Assembly: GCA_045568235.1 (NCBI GenBank)
Contig: JBJLBJ010000022.1
Span: 1,953-65,952, forward strand
Length of the DNA: 64,000 nucleotides
Direction: 5' to 3'
Source of the DNA: Candidatus Thalassarchaeaceae archaeon
Lineage (GTDB): Archaea > Thermoplasmatota > Poseidoniia > Poseidoniales > Thalassarchaeaceae
Notes under the pieces: model-generated
Seen by the model: the letters and a program-made list of their open reading frames with translations, nothing else
The model's database searches: none
What the model was told of the DNA's origin: nothing
Program-made: the position numbers and the translations under genes
In this document: piece by piece, positions 1 to 9,735 of the stretch
Layout of the letters: every line of letters begins with the position of its first letter
How positions within the stretch are numbered: position 1 is the first letter of the stretch

Positions 1-425
1 CACCACCCAAATGCCCATGTTGTAATACAAATATGGAAGCAGGGAATCAGAATGAAATATTATTTTTATGTAATACTTGTTATGGTTCAATGGCTAGTAA
101 TGCCTGGATAATGAATAATTTAAAACCCGGAATAATAAAACGATTGGAATTACCTAGTGAAGAACCAACCAAAACAACCTTCTCCTGCCCTATCTGCTCA
201 GGAAAGATGAGAACATATCATACTGCTGTTCCGGTGAATACAACAACAGATAGTAGAATACAGATAGATCGTTGTGATCGCTGCAAAGCTATTTGGTTTG
301 ATAATAAAGAACTAAACCAAGTACTACCAGACGACATCCACTCTTTCGACATCCCCTTTTCAGAAAATAAAGGGATATTTAGTAAAATCCTTTCTAATAA
401 ATTCTGGTCTAAAATATTAAAGTAA
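1..425 (+). CDS. Partial (5'-truncated) protein with tandem zf-TFIIB-like zinc ribbons
   Basis: Frame is open to the left edge (PPKCPCCNTNM...LCNTCYG), then CPICSGKM...IQIDRCDRCKAIWFDNKEL, typical of zf-TFIIB ribbons. The true start lies upstream of the window. Confidence 0.65.
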   Translation, partial: PPKCPCCNTNMEAGNQNEILFLCNTCYGSMASNAWIMNNLKPGIIKRLELPSEEPTKTTFSCPICSGKMRTYHTAVPVNTTTDSRIQIDRCDRCKAIWFDNKELNQVLPDDIHSFDIPFSENKGIFSKILSNKFWSKILK

Positions 426-1220
426 TTATTTTAAAAATACTGAAAGACAGGTAAGCGAACCATCTGCCTGCATAATCGGAGACATATCAACAGAAGTAAT
501 AGAAAAGTCATATTCTAATAATTTACGACGCGTCACTGGAAAACCTCCAGCAATAATCACCCTATCATTCGAATAACCTAGTACATTTGAAGCATAACTT
601 TCCGAATTAGGTATTCTTATTATTTCATCGACAAATTCAAATTCTTCGAAGTTAAGATGGCCTTCTGCCATGATCATTGTCCCAGGTCTTGGTGTAGAAC
701 ATACAGTTGTCAAATGAAGCGTGCTTTTTGGAATATTGATATATTTTACATCATACCCCACTTCTTTAATTTCTTGCTTAAGAAAATCAGCTCCTTCCAT
801 GTTTGTACGCGTAGAAAGCCCAATCAAAAAACAATCATCATAGAAAACCACATCTCCTCCATCCAATTTGCATTTCTCTGGCATTCTCACAATTTCATAA
901 TCATCCGATAAATATTCTAGCACCGCAACTTCTTCTCCACTTCGCGAAGGGTGCCCCATATTCGAAATAACAGCCTTCTCATCAATCATAACTGCTGTAT
1001 CTTCTACAAAACAACTATCTGGATATTTTGACAATGGATGAAGAATAGTTACACTTGTTCCATGTGCCTCTAATGCGGCAACATAAGCACTATGCGCATC
1101 TTCTGCCGATTCAAAATCTGGAGTTTTTCCCCCAAAGAAAGTAGAGAGTGCATTAGAATAGCTAGGAGAAATAGATCTTGTCATGGCGCTTTTTTTCTTA
1201 CGGTCATATACTCCGGGCAC
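426..1220 (-). CDS. Dimethylargininase (DDAH)/amidinotransferase family protein
   Basis: PDSCFVEDTAV, HPSRSGE, LDGGDV, LHL and GSLTCLS (catalytic Asp/His/Cys) motifs. Confidence 0.85.
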   Translation of the reverse strand: MPGVYDRKKKSAMTRSISPSYSNALSTFFGGKTPDFESAEDAHSAYVAALEAHGTSVTILHPLSKYPDSCFVEDTAVMIDEKAVISNMGHPSRSGEEVAVLEYLSDDYEIVRMPEKCKLDGGDVVFYDDCFLIGLSTRTNMEGADFLKQEIKEVGYDVKYINIPKSTLHLTTVCSTPRPGTMIMAEGHLNFEEFEFVDEIIRIPNSESYASNVLGYSNDRVIIAGGFPVTRRKLLEYDFSITSVDMSPIMQADGSLTCLSVFLK

Positions 1221-1292
1221 AACTTACCGGAAGCACATGCTTTGATAATACTTCGGAAAACGAAACATTATTACCATAAAATGTAAATATTT

Positions 1293-1742
1293 TTATTTTT
1301 CTTTAACCGAATCTACCAATTTTTCTATATGCCTTTCCATATCCATTATTAAAAGCATTAATTCTTCTTCATTTTTTAGTAGATCGGCCTTTTCTAACTC
1401 CAATATTTTTATTTTTTCTATATTTATTTCAAAAGACTCTCTAATAACTTTCTCATTGTGAAGTTGATTTTCTAATCTTGTAATTTTTATATTAGCAACT
1501 CTTATTTTTTCTTCGTAATCAACTACAACAGACCTATCTTGACCGATAGAAAATCTTTTTGACCCATCATTTCTTCTTTTATTTTTAATCAATTCTAACT
1601 CCAAATTATTTACCTCATCCCATAAAGCAATTATTTCTTCAATTAAGCGATCCTGTGGTATCTCTCTTAGACGCTCTGATAAATCAATCACATCTGAAGA
1701 AAAAGAAACCCCTTCTTCCTGATCGCTACTATATGTTTCCAT
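1293..1742 (-). CDS. Hypothetical coiled-coil protein
   Basis: 149-aa E/K/L-rich heptad pattern; fills the space between neighbours. Confidence 0.65.
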   Translation of the reverse strand: METYSSDQEEGVSFSSDVIDLSERLREIPQDRLIEEIIALWDEVNNLELELIKNKRRNDGSKRFSIGQDRSVVVDYEEKIRVANIKITRLENQLHNEKVIRESFEINIEKIKILELEKADLLKNEEELMLLIMDMERHIEKLVDSVKEK

Positions 1743-1886
1743 CTACTTTCAATAATCATACCTTACAATAACCATTTGAACCTTGAGGGCATCTTTTAGC
1801 AAAAACCTCATTATTCTATGTTAATTGATTTTTCCAAATTATTATAACGCGGCGATTTTATATCAACAACATTCTTCCGATAAGGC

Positions 1887-2111
1887 ATGAAAGCGTACAG
1901 GGCCAAGGGAACATTTCGTAATGGAAAGCACGACCAAGCCTACACTTTAGATATTGTAGCCAGTGACGAAGAAGATGCTAAACACCGTATATATTCCAAC
2001 TTTGGAAGTAGACACAACACGCCTCGTAGATTTGTTTTAATTGAATCATTGGAAACGATTGATCCTTCTGAATCTACAACCCCCGCGGTCATAGCGCATT
2101 TTAGGGATTAA
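1887..2111 (+). CDS. rpl18a: 50S ribosomal protein L18Ae (LX/L20e)
   Basis: MKAYRAKG...A.DEEDAKHRIYSNFGSRH...RR.V.I pattern; TTTATA box about 25 nt upstream (leaderless). Confidence 0.9.
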   Translation: MKAYRAKGTFRNGKHDQAYTLDIVASDEEDAKHRIYSNFGSRHNTPRRFVLIESLETIDPSESTTPAVIAHFRD

Positions 2112-2172
2112 AAGCGCATTTTTAGCCCAGAAGACAAAAATTGTGAAAGCATAGAGAGGCCTAGGGATAGCC

Positions 2173-2724
2173 ATGAAGAAATCATTCATGCGCCAATATT
2201 GGCGAATTCAACAGAGTCAAACGTTGATTTCAATGGTTTTTTGGATAACCACTTTGACATTACTGATGTGGCCTTATGTTAGTTGGCGATTTCAAAATAA
2301 GGCAGATTTTATAGGTATTTCAACAACATACTGGGGCCTTCTTTCAATTGCAGTCGCTGTATTAGTATGCGTATTGCTTTTAGGATGGACATATGATGTT
2401 GTTTTGGGACTATGGCGCGAACACCTAACAGTAGTACAGGAAAGAAATCCATTTACAACCTACAAAGTCAATGCTCCTTTTGGGATGTTATTGGCACAAA
2501 CAAATACTATACTAAGAAAAATATCAGCAGACGATCCTGAAATCATACGCCATTGTGAATTTATTGATAGATGGCTCGAGTGGAACGCTAATCAAGAGAT
2601 CTGGGCAAGAACTATGTCCTCATGGAAAGAAATAATTGGTGATGAAGACCCGTATCTTTTTCATTTATCTCCAGAAGGAAGGGAAAAATTAGAAGAAGCA
2701 GCGAAAGCAATTCAAGATTTTTAA
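2173..2724 (+). CDS. Hypothetical membrane protein (2 TM)
   Basis: Two hydrophobic segments followed by a soluble ERNPF-containing domain. Confidence 0.7.
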   Translation: MKKSFMRQYWRIQQSQTLISMVFWITTLTLLMWPYVSWRFQNKADFIGISTTYWGLLSIAVAVLVCVLLLGWTYDVVLGLWREHLTVVQERNPFTTYKVNAPFGMLLAQTNTILRKISADDPEIIRHCEFIDRWLEWNANQEIWARTMSSWKEIIGDEDPYLFHLSPEGREKLEEAAKAIQDF

Positions 2725-2742
2725 TTCCATGGAGGTTTTATT

Positions 2743-3543
2743 TTGAATCCAGAAGAAATTATTCGTATAGCAGAATTGGCTGGAGGAGAAATTTTAGAAA
2801 TTTACAATCGTGACGAAGAACTACGGGTTATGAAAAAGGGAGACAACTCACCTTTAACTGAAGCCGATTTAGCTGCTCACAATATAATTATTAATCATTT
2901 AAAGAAGCTCGACAATACTCCAATAGTTTCAGAGGAAGGAACAGAGGGCAACCCGATATCTAGCAAAACATGCTGGTTAGTAGATCCGCTTGATGGAACG
3001 AAAGAATTCATCAAAAAAAATGGAATGTTTACAGTAAATATAGCTTTGATGCAAAAGGAAAAGGAATATTGGAGGCCAATATTTGGAGTAGTACACGCTC
3101 CAGTAACTAAAACAACATGGTGGGGCGGAATCATGATTCCGGCAGAACGACGAGGCCCAGACGGCTCTGGATTAATGATGGTTCAACCAAACAAACCCTC
3201 ACTGCCTGTACGATTAGTTGCCAGTGGTTCTCATCGGTCAGAATTAGATGAAAAATTCGCTCAAACCCTAGGAAATTATAATTTGATAAGAATGGGCTCT
3301 TCACTTAAAGCATGCATAATAGCAGAAGGAAATGCAGATCTTTATCCGAGATTTGGGCCTACTGCTTGTTGGGATATCGCTGCAGCGCACGCCATCGTAT
3401 CTAGCGCAGGAGGTTTAGTTTTGAATGCTCAAGGAAATACATTAAATTATGATATCACTGGAGATGTTCTCAATCCTCATTTTTTAATCGCATCTGATAA
3501 TAGATGGACAAAAGATTGGATTTACCAAAACAATGCTAATTGA
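2743..3543 (+). CDS. cysQ: 3'(2'),5'-bisphosphate nucleotidase CysQ
   Basis: [48 protein letters not shown] motifs. Confidence 0.92.
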   Translation: MNPEEIIRIAELAGGEILEIYNRDEELRVMKKGDNSPLTEADLAAHNIIINHLKKLDNTPIVSEEGTEGNPISSKTCWLVDPLDGTKEFIKKNGMFTVNIALMQKEKEYWRPIFGVVHAPVTKTTWWGGIMIPAERRGPDGSGLMMVQPNKPSLPVRLVASGSHRSELDEKFAQTLGNYNLIRMGSSLKACIIAEGNADLYPRFGPTACWDIAAAHAIVSSAGGLVLNAQGNTLNYDITGDVLNPHFLIASDNRWTKDWIYQNNAN

Positions 3544-3575
3544 ACATATTCCCCGTTGGTGTGAAATACACAACA

Positions 3576-4484
3576 ATGCACGCGAAACTAATGACGCACC
3601 TCGAGGCTCTGGAAGCAGAAGCAATTCATATCATGCGTGAAGTGGTAGCAGAAGCAGAAAATCCAGTTATGCTTTATTCAATCGGCAAAGATTCTTCGGT
3701 AATGTTACATCTTGCTATGAAAGCATTCCATCCAGCAAAACCACCCTTTCCAATAATGCATATAGATACAACATGGAAATTCTCTGAGATGATTGATTTT
3801 AGAGATAAAACTGCAGAAAAATTAGGATTGGATTTAATTGTCCACATAAATAAAAAGGGCCAAGATATGAATATTAATCCATTTATACATGGTTCTGTTA
3901 AACATACCGACATTATGAAAACAGAAGGTTTGAAACAGGCTATCGACAAATATCAATTTGATGTCGCCTTTGGCGGAGCTAGAAGGGATGAAGAAAAATC
4001 GAGAGCAAAGGAAAGAATTTTTTCTTTCAGAACAACTCAACATAGATGGGATCCGAAAAAACAACGACCTGAATTATGGAATATTTACAACTCATTCAAA
4101 AACGAAGGAGAAACAATCAGGGTCTTCCCTTTGTCTAATTGGACAGAATTAGATATCTGGCAATACATACATCTCGAAAAAATCCCAATAGTCCCACTTT
4201 ATTTTTCAAAAGAAAGACCAGTAGTGGAGAGAAATGGCACTCTGATACTTGTAGATGATGCTAGACTACCGCTTCAAAAGGGAGAAAAACCAATGATGAA
4301 AAGGGTTAGATTCCGAACTCTCGGATGCTATCCTCTTTCGGGAGCCGTAGAGTCACAGGCAGATACTTTGCCTGAGATAATCCAAGAAATGTTACTAACT
4401 ACTACATCAGAACGCCAAGGAAGAACTATTGATTTTGATAGCAAATCATCCATGGAAAAGAAAAAACAGGAGGGATATTTCTAA
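3576..4484 (+). CDS. cysD: Sulfate adenylyltransferase subunit 2 (CysD/NodP)
   Basis: [58 protein letters not shown]. Start is ATG 3576 or 3591. Confidence 0.97.
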   Translation: MHAKLMTHLEALEAEAIHIMREVVAEAENPVMLYSIGKDSSVMLHLAMKAFHPAKPPFPIMHIDTTWKFSEMIDFRDKTAEKLGLDLIVHINKKGQDMNINPFIHGSVKHTDIMKTEGLKQAIDKYQFDVAFGGARRDEEKSRAKERIFSFRTTQHRWDPKKQRPELWNIYNSFKNEGETIRVFPLSNWTELDIWQYIHLEKIPIVPLYFSKERPVVERNGTLILVDDARLPLQKGEKPMMKRVRFRTLGCYPLSGAVESQADTLPEIIQEMLLTTTSERQGRTIDFDSKSSMEKKKQEGYF

Positions 4485-6385
4485 TGGTGTATATTGACGA
4501 TTTAATTGCCGAAGATATTAATCTATATCTTAAGAAACATCAAGAAAAGGAAATACTCAGATTCATTACTTGTGGCTCAGTAGATGATGGAAAATCCACA
4601 CTCATAGGTCGTATGCTTTATGAATCTCATATGTTGTTCGATGATCATTTATCGACTTTAGAAAAAGATTCAAAAAATATGGGCACGCAAGAAAATGGCC
4701 TCGATTTCGCATTATTAGTTGACGGATTGTCAGCAGAAAGGGAGCAAGGAATAACCATAGATGTCGCATATAGATTTTTTTCTACAGATAAACGAAAATA
4801 TATTGTTGCTGACACTCCTGGACATGAAGAATATACACGTAATATGGCAACTGGGTCATCAACAGCAGATGTTGCAATAATTTTAGTTGATGCTAGAAAT
4901 GGAATTATGACGCAAACGCGCCGCCATTCTTTTATTGTTTCAATGTTGGGTGTTAAGAAAATAATTTTGGGTATAAATAAATTGGATTTAGTAAACTATT
5001 CAAAACAAATATATGATGAAATAGTAGAAGATTATACAATATTTGCGAAAAATGCATTAGAAATAGAAGAAATAACTTCAATACCTATTTCAGCATTACT
5101 GGGCGATAATATAATATCTAATAGCGATAATACAACTTGGTATACAGGCCCAACGATTATGGAATATTTAGAAACCGTTGAAATAGAAGGGGAAAATATT
5201 TCAAATCCATTTAGAATGCCTGTTCAATGGGTAAATAGACCAAACCTAGACTTTAGAGGATATTGTGGCATGATTGCTAGCGGTAAGATAGAGCCTGGAG
5301 ATAAAATCAGAATCCTACCTGGCGGAAAAAGCTCCACGATCAAATCTATATTATTCAATAATGAAGAATTGGAAATAGCTACTTCTGGACGATCAGTGAC
5401 AATAATACTCGAAGACGAAATAGATGTTTCAAGAGGAAATATTATCGTTTCAGCAGAAAATCCTGGTGGAGAAGCAGACCAATTTCAGGCACATATCTTA
5501 TGGTTGAGTGATGATGCAATGATGCCTGGAAGACAATATATTTTCAAATCAAATTCACAAACTGCATCACTAAATTTAGGGAAATTGAAATATCAAATAA
5601 ATGTAAATACATTAAATCAAGTCCCGGCTAAAGATTTGAAATTAAATCAAATTGCGGTTTGTAATATTTCCTTAGATAAAAGGATAGCATTTGATTCATA
5701 CAAAGAAAATAAAACCACAGGCGGTTTCATAATAATTGATAAAATAACCAACCATACAGTTGGAATGGGTCTTATCGATTTTGCATTAAGACGTTCAGAT
5801 AATATTCATTGGCAGAGTATAGACATAACAAAAGAACAACGGGCATTACAAAAGTCACAATCTGCTAAAATAATTTGGTTTACAGGGCTTTCAGGCTCAG
5901 GAAAATCATCTATAGCAAATATTCTAGAGAAAAAACTCTATTCTATGGGCCTCCATACAATCATTTTAGATGGAGACAATATTAGACATGGTTTAAACAA
6001 GGATTTGGGATTTACTCAGGCCGATCGAGTAGAGAACATCCGCAGAGTAGGAGAAGTAGCAAGATTGATGGTAGAGAGTGGCCTGATTTGTATTACTGCT
6101 TTCATCTCTCCCTTTGAATCTGAAAGAAGAATGATACGATCATTAGTTTCAGAAGATGAGTTTGTTGAAATATACGTAGATACACCATTAGAAATATGTG
6201 AAGAAAGAGATGCAAAAGGCCTTTATGCTAAAGCCAGAGCAGGACAATTGCCGAATTTCACAGGCATTTCCAGCCCGTTTGAAGAACCAAAAAACCCTGA
6301 AATAAGAATAGATACCATACAAACACCTCCAGAAGCAGCTGCAGATATTATAATTGACTTTCTTACAAAAAATCATTTAACATAG
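4484..6385 (+). CDS. cysNC: Bifunctional sulfate adenylyltransferase subunit 1 / APS kinase (CysNC/NodQ)
   Basis: GTPase motifs TCGSVDDGKSTLIGR, DTPGH, NKLD; C-terminal APS kinase WFTGLSGSGKS, LDGDNIRHGL, FTGISSPFE. Confidence 0.97.
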   Translation: MVYIDDLIAEDINLYLKKHQEKEILRFITCGSVDDGKSTLIGRMLYESHMLFDDHLSTLEKDSKNMGTQENGLDFALLVDGLSAEREQGITIDVAYRFFSTDKRKYIVADTPGHEEYTRNMATGSSTADVAIILVDARNGIMTQTRRHSFIVSMLGVKKIILGINKLDLVNYSKQIYDEIVEDYTIFAKNALEIEEITSIPISALLGDNIISNSDNTTWYTGPTIMEYLETVEIEGENISNPFRMPVQWVNRPNLDFRGYCGMIASGKIEPGDKIRILPGGKSSTIKSILFNNEELEIATSGRSVTIILEDEIDVSRGNIIVSAENPGGEADQFQAHILWLSDDAMMPGRQYIFKSNSQTASLNLGKLKYQINVNTLNQVPAKDLKLNQIAVCNISLDKRIAFDSYKENKTTGGFIIIDKITNHTVGMGLIDFALRRSDNIHWQSIDITKEQRALQKSQSAKIIWFTGLSGSGKSSIANILEKKLYSMGLHTIILDGDNIRHGLNKDLGFTQADRVENIRRVGEVARLMVESGLICITAFISPFESERRMIRSLVSEDEFVEIYVDTPLEICEERDAKGLYAKARAGQLPNFTGISSPFEEPKNPEIRIDTIQTPPEAAADIIIDFLTKNHLT

Positions 6386-6440
6386 TTTTTGGCTTTTTAT
6401 TGCGACGGATTCATGACAGTCACTAACTTCGCTCAACTCG

Positions 6441-6968
6441 ATGACCACTTCGGACAAGGCGGAATTGCAAAAAATTGCGCAACAAGTGGAAATAAGTAGA
6501 GAACGCTTGCAAGCGATGGAACAGCAAATTAAACGATTAGAAGATGTTAAATTAGAACAAAACAATGCTTTACAAACATTACAAACTATTCCAAAAAACG
6601 GAGCAAAAGAAATTATGATCCCTCTAGGTTCAGGGATTCAAATACTAGCAGATATTCCTAAAAATGCTGGTGTAGTTGTGGATATTGGTAGTAGGATTCA
6701 AGCTGAAAAAACTAGAGAAGAAGCTATAATTATTTTACAAAATAGGAATGAAGAATTAAATGGGATAATAGACAAACTAAAAAATGAATTTAATGTTTTA
6801 GAGCAATATATTGTTTCATTAGCACATCAATTCACAGCAGGAGTAGAAAATATTCAAGAAGATAATGATGAAATTGTTGAAAAAGAACAACCAATTGAAA
6901 ATAAAGAAAAAATAAAATCTAACAAAAGAAGAAGAAAAAGAGGAACTGAGCTAACACTTGATGATTGA
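6441..6968 (+). CDS. pfdA: Prefoldin subunit alpha
   Basis: Coiled coil - IMIPLGSG...VVVDIGS..QAEKTREEA - coiled coil; directly upstream of ftsY. Confidence 0.9.
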   Translation: MTTSDKAELQKIAQQVEISRERLQAMEQQIKRLEDVKLEQNNALQTLQTIPKNGAKEIMIPLGSGIQILADIPKNAGVVVDIGSRIQAEKTREEAIIILQNRNEELNGIIDKLKNEFNVLEQYIVSLAHQFTAGVENIQEDNDEIVEKEQPIENKEKIKSNKRRRKRGTELTLDD

Positions 6969-6978
6969 GGTATTTTTT

Positions 6979-8241
6979 ATGGGGTTATTTGATAGGTTCA
7001 AGAAAAGAGTTAAACAACCATCTACTGAAGAAGAAATTACTGTAGATGAAAACTCTGCAGAGGCCGCATTTGCAATTGCAGAAAGACAAAAAAACCTCCT
7101 TAAAATAAATGATAATATTCAGAGAGAAGAGGAGCAAGATAATCTTGCAACTCAAAACGAATGGGATAATATGGACCATGAACCAATTCAAAACCCGTTT
7201 TTATCTAATAAATCGTCAAAGGAAAGGAAAAAATTACAAAGAGAGAAAAAAATTAAAACAGCCTTTAATGCAAATTCGGCCCTTAAAATACATAATCCAA
7301 TGCGTACTACTACTGGAAGAGAATTAATAAAATTAGACAGGCCCATTTTTAAACTCGATTTTTCACAAGAACAGGTACAAAGAGGGGGCCGTGTAATCAA
7401 AGGTGGCCCTGCCTTGGAAGAAATCTTAGAAGAACTTGAAGAAGATCTTTTATCAGCAGATATAGGACATAATTCTGTATCAGAACTTATCAATCTATTA
7501 CGAATTCAGCTTATTGGAATCCGAATTAACAAAAAAATAGGATTAGAGGATATCATAGAAAAGGCAGTTAAAAACTCCCTACTTTCACTTCTAGAGGCTG
7601 GATATTGGGATTTTGATAAAACAATCCAGAATTTTGCATCGGACACAACTCCTGTGGTTATTATGCTGGTCGGGGTCAATGGAACTGGAAAAACAACAAC
7701 CACTGCCAAAATAACTCATAGATTAACTAATATTGGATATTCTGTTGTTTTGGCAGCTGCAGACACCTTTAGAGCAGGTGCTATAGATCAATTATCATTA
7801 CATGCCGAAAAATTAGGTGTAAGATGTATACAAAGTCAGAGAGGAGGCGACGCCGCTGCAGTTTCAAGAGATGCCATAGAGAGTGCAAAAGCCAAAGGTG
7901 AAGATATAGTTATTATAGATACGGCAGGGAGAATGCAAAATAAAACAAATTTGATGAACGAATTACAAAAAATCCATAGAGTTACGGAACCACATCTGGT
8001 TTTGTTTGTTGCGGATGCCTTAGCTGGAAATGATGCAGTAATGCAAGCTACAGAATTTCAAAAAATATTAACTTTTGATGGAGCAGTACTTTCTAAATTA
8101 GACACTGATGCACGCGGGGGTGCAGCACTTTCTATTGCACATGCAACAGGCCGACCAATAGTATTGGCAGGAGTTGGCCAAGAATACAATGATCTAGAAT
8201 TATTTAATCCTAAATGGTTATTGGATTCTATATTAAATTAA
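6979..8241 (+). CDS. ftsY: Signal recognition particle receptor FtsY
   Basis: MGLFDRFK start after a GAGGT SD; GVNGTGKTTT, DTFRAGAIDQL, DTAGR, KLDTDARGG motifs. Confidence 0.97.
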   Translation: MGLFDRFKKRVKQPSTEEEITVDENSAEAAFAIAERQKNLLKINDNIQREEEQDNLATQNEWDNMDHEPIQNPFLSNKSSKERKKLQREKKIKTAFNANSALKIHNPMRTTTGRELIKLDRPIFKLDFSQEQVQRGGRVIKGGPALEEILEELEEDLLSADIGHNSVSELINLLRIQLIGIRINKKIGLEDIIEKAVKNSLLSLLEAGYWDFDKTIQNFASDTTPVVIMLVGVNGTGKTTTTAKITHRLTNIGYSVVLAAADTFRAGAIDQLSLHAEKLGVRCIQSQRGGDAAAVSRDAIESAKAKGEDIVIIDTAGRMQNKTNLMNELQKIHRVTEPHLVLFVADALAGNDAVMQATEFQKILTFDGAVLSKLDTDARGGAALSIAHATGRPIVLAGVGQEYNDLELFNPKWLLDSILN

Positions 8242-8291
8242 TTTTTAATACCGTACCGTTCTTGAATAATGGCCCCTCTGTCTATGTTATA

Positions 8292-8927
8292 ATGAACCCT
8301 CAGGAACAGAAGACGGCGTTGATTGCTATTAGCAATCCAATAACATCCGGAAGGCTAAGTACTATCATGAAAGAAAAAAAATGGTTATGTACAAAAACAT
8401 CTGACGGAGATGAAACTGTAGACTATTACGTTAAAAAAAAGCCTAAAATAGTATTTATTAGTCTAGAACTCTCAACCATTAATGGCCATGTTACAGCATT
8501 GGAAATTAGGGAAATAGACCCAGCGGCTAGAATTGTTTTTGTTTCTAGCAAAACTCGAATATCGAAAGTCGAAGATGCAGCTTATTCTGTGGGAGCTGTA
8601 GGCATTTTGACAACACCACTGACAAAGTCCAAGATAAATGAAAAATGGGATAGCTTTTTTTTAGAAATTCCTGAAGCACCAGGCTTGGCGGATTTGGATA
8701 CATTATATCCTGAGATAATAGATAAAAAAGAAGATGACAAACCTCTTCCGCTGCCCCCACCACTCTCTCCATTAACCCAAATACCTTCTATTCCTGATCT
8801 TTCACAAGAAAAGAAAAAGAAAAGAAAGTGGATTAAAATAATTCTACCATTATTAATCCTTTCATCACTAACATTATATTTTTTATTGGATTTAGAATAT
8901 ACTAAAATCACTAATTATATTCCTTAA
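8292..8927 (+). CDS. Atypical (pseudo-)receiver domain protein with Pro-rich linker and C-terminal TM anchor
   Basis: CheY-like pattern (SDGDE...KPKIVFISLELSTING...IREIDPAARIVFVS...GAVGILTTP), PLPLPPPLSP linker, KKKKRK plus a hydrophobic tail. Confidence 0.7.
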   Translation: MNPQEQKTALIAISNPITSGRLSTIMKEKKWLCTKTSDGDETVDYYVKKKPKIVFISLELSTINGHVTALEIREIDPAARIVFVSSKTRISKVEDAAYSVGAVGILTTPLTKSKINEKWDSFFLEIPEAPGLADLDTLYPEIIDKKEDDKPLPLPPPLSPLTQIPSIPDLSQEKKKKRKWIKIILPLLILSSLTLYFLLDLEYTKITNYIP

Positions 8928-8930
8928 ATC

Positions 8931-9683
8931 TTATAATATTTCCAATATTCTTTTTGAAGCTGCAATTAATAATACAGCAGACAACAAATATTTTATAGAA
9001 TTTTGTGGTGCATTTTTTGAACCATATTTCGAACCAATAAAACCTCCCAATAAAACGGCCAACACAAATGGAGTAATATTACCTAAATCAACTAAATGTT
9101 GAGATATACTAGAACCTACAATTCCTGCTAAAGAGTTCAACCAAATGAAAATTGAAGAAGTGGCAGCAGCAGTTTTCGGCTTTGCCCATCCATTAATAAT
9201 TAGTATAGGAGAAAGGAGTACCCCGCCTCCAATACCAACAAGCCCACAGGTCAAACCTATAATTGCTCCAATTAACAATGCATTAGAGACTTTCAGGGTT
9301 TTAATATCCTCCACAATCTCCTTTTTGCCCATTAATAATTTCCAGGCTGCAGAAATTAAAAACAAAGAAAGTAATAGGTTATATCCACCATTGCCAATTT
9401 TCAGAGAACTAGCAAAAAATGTAAAAGGGATACTTGTAACGAGAAAAGGCCAAGTTAAGTCAAGTTTGTGAAAACCTTCCTTTCTGTAATTGAAGAAAGC
9501 AATACCAGCCACTATCAAATTCAAAAACCAAGCATATTGTTTTAACCACAGATCTCCTTCATTGGCATAAATACTCAATGAAAGTATTGCCAAATAACCC
9601 GAAGCCCCCCCATGTCCCACAGCAGAATATAGAGCCGCCATTAGAAATAGTCCAAATACAACTATCTCGAACTCTATCTGCAT
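8931..9683 (-). CDS. TauE/SafE (TSUP) family sulfur-compound transporter
   Basis: About 8 TM; LYSAVGHGGASGY and GLVGIGGGVLLSP repeats. Confidence 0.85.
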   Translation of the reverse strand: MQIEFEIVVFGLFLMAALYSAVGHGGASGYLAILSLSIYANEGDLWLKQYAWFLNLIVAGIAFFNYRKEGFHKLDLTWPFLVTSIPFTFFASSLKIGNGGYNLLLSLFLISAAWKLLMGKKEIVEDIKTLKVSNALLIGAIIGLTCGLVGIGGGVLLSPILIINGWAKPKTAAATSSIFIWLNSLAGIVGSSISQHLVDLGNITPFVLAVLLGGFIGSKYGSKNAPQNSIKYLLSAVLLIAASKRILEIL

Positions 9684-9735
9684 ATTTATTGGTAAGGTAG
9701 GAGAACTTTAACAACTTCCTCCCAACATCAATACT

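Noticed and set aside
6850..7400. Charged extensions on the prefoldin C-terminus and FtsY N-terminus
   Set aside because: Variable charged extensions are common, especially in FtsY; no specific motif supports a new function.
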